Of a DNA stretch of 64,000 nt, positions 63,520 through 64,000 are shown piece by piece. The notes beneath the pieces are model-generated. The model saw only the letters and a list, made by a program, of their open reading frames with translations. It was not told the origin of the DNA and did no database searches. This stretch comes from Ruditapes philippinarum (taxonomy: Eukaryota). Each line of letters starts with the position of its first letter. Within the stretch, counting starts at the first letter, position 1. The DNA lies in contig NW_026865813.1 in the NCBI RefSeq assembly GCF_026571515.1, positions 124,001-188,000 of the forward strand, read 5' to 3'. The translations under genes were made by a program, and so were the position numbers.

Positions 63520-64000
63520 TCATAATTGAAATCTAACCGAATTCTTTCCATAGGATAATGTATTGTGAGCAGCTGTTTCTTTGTCTTCTTTTGGAAGGTT
63601 ATCATTTCCCAGATCTTCTGGAAGGTTATCATTTCCCAGATCTATAGAAGATGACCTTATATCTCCATTACCTGACTCTGTGATTGATGGATTAAATTTA
63701 GTGGACGTCCCTTCTGGAGTTATTTCAACTGAAGACTGTTCCTCATTTAATGTTTCTATCATATCTTCATTCCTATTTGTTGCCATTTTTTCATCGTTCA
63801 TTGATTTATACTTTGAAGCTTTTGCACTTTCGGTTTGAAATATATTGCTGTTGTCTAATTTAGCAGAAGCAGGTGTCATTTCTACAGTCATTTCACTTGG
63901 ACCGACAGCATTTTTCTTTGTCGTAGTAGCAAGAGTTTGACCCGTTTTAGTATCAGAAGCACAGGAAGTGGCTGGCCCTACTTTATTTGTAAATGGAAAC
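63520..64000 (-). CDS. Terminal coding exon of an unidentified gene (Ser/Thr/Glu/Asn-rich, likely disordered tail)
   Basis: The frame is open from the window edge (FPFTNKVGPATSCASD...) to the stop at 63520, about 160 codons. It has an internal duplication, DLGNDNLP(E)DLGNDNLP, and ends NSVRFQL*. Confidence 0.6.
   Translation of the reverse strand, partial: FPFTNKVGPATSCASDTKTGQTLATTTKKNAVGPSEMTVEMTPASAKLDNSNIFQTESAKASKYKSMNDEKMATNRNEDMIETLNEEQSSVEITPEGTSTKFNPSITESGNGDIRSSSIDLGNDNLPEDLGNDNLPKEDKETAAHNTLSYGKNSVRFQL

Overview
AT-rich, intron-rich animal genomic DNA. The repeat content (Helentron/HINE-type elements with internal ~140-165 bp satellites, tRNA-derived SINEs, palindromic MITEs) points to a bivalve mollusc, probably a venerid clam (inference). 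I rebuilt five spliced genes by hand from GT-AG junctions and frame continuity: FAM221B-like (-, runs off the left edge) head-to-head with CCDC112 (+, 13 exons), METTL25B/RRNAD1 (-, 12 exons), a divergent DEG/ENaC/ASIC-family channel (+, 11 exons) and KRTCAP2 (-, 5 exons). There is also an intronless secreted Reeler-domain gene broken by one frameshift, and the last exon of an unidentified gene at the right edge. Most short ORFs in the track are noise. The most unusual signals are: (1) in three separate genes a splice acceptor has been tandemly amplified into an array of decoy 3' splice sites, and the decoys I translated all lead to a premature stop; (2) a TA-flanked TIR element carries a HIRAN-like ORF instead of a transposase; (3) a Helentron-like element carries two tRNA-Pro-like Pol III units; (4) an identical CpG-rich 13-mer lies just upstream of two unrelated genes; (5) the channel has Arg at the conserved Asp/Asn of the TM2 gate. 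Some stretches look like poorly polished long-read sequence, so single indels need checking against raw reads.
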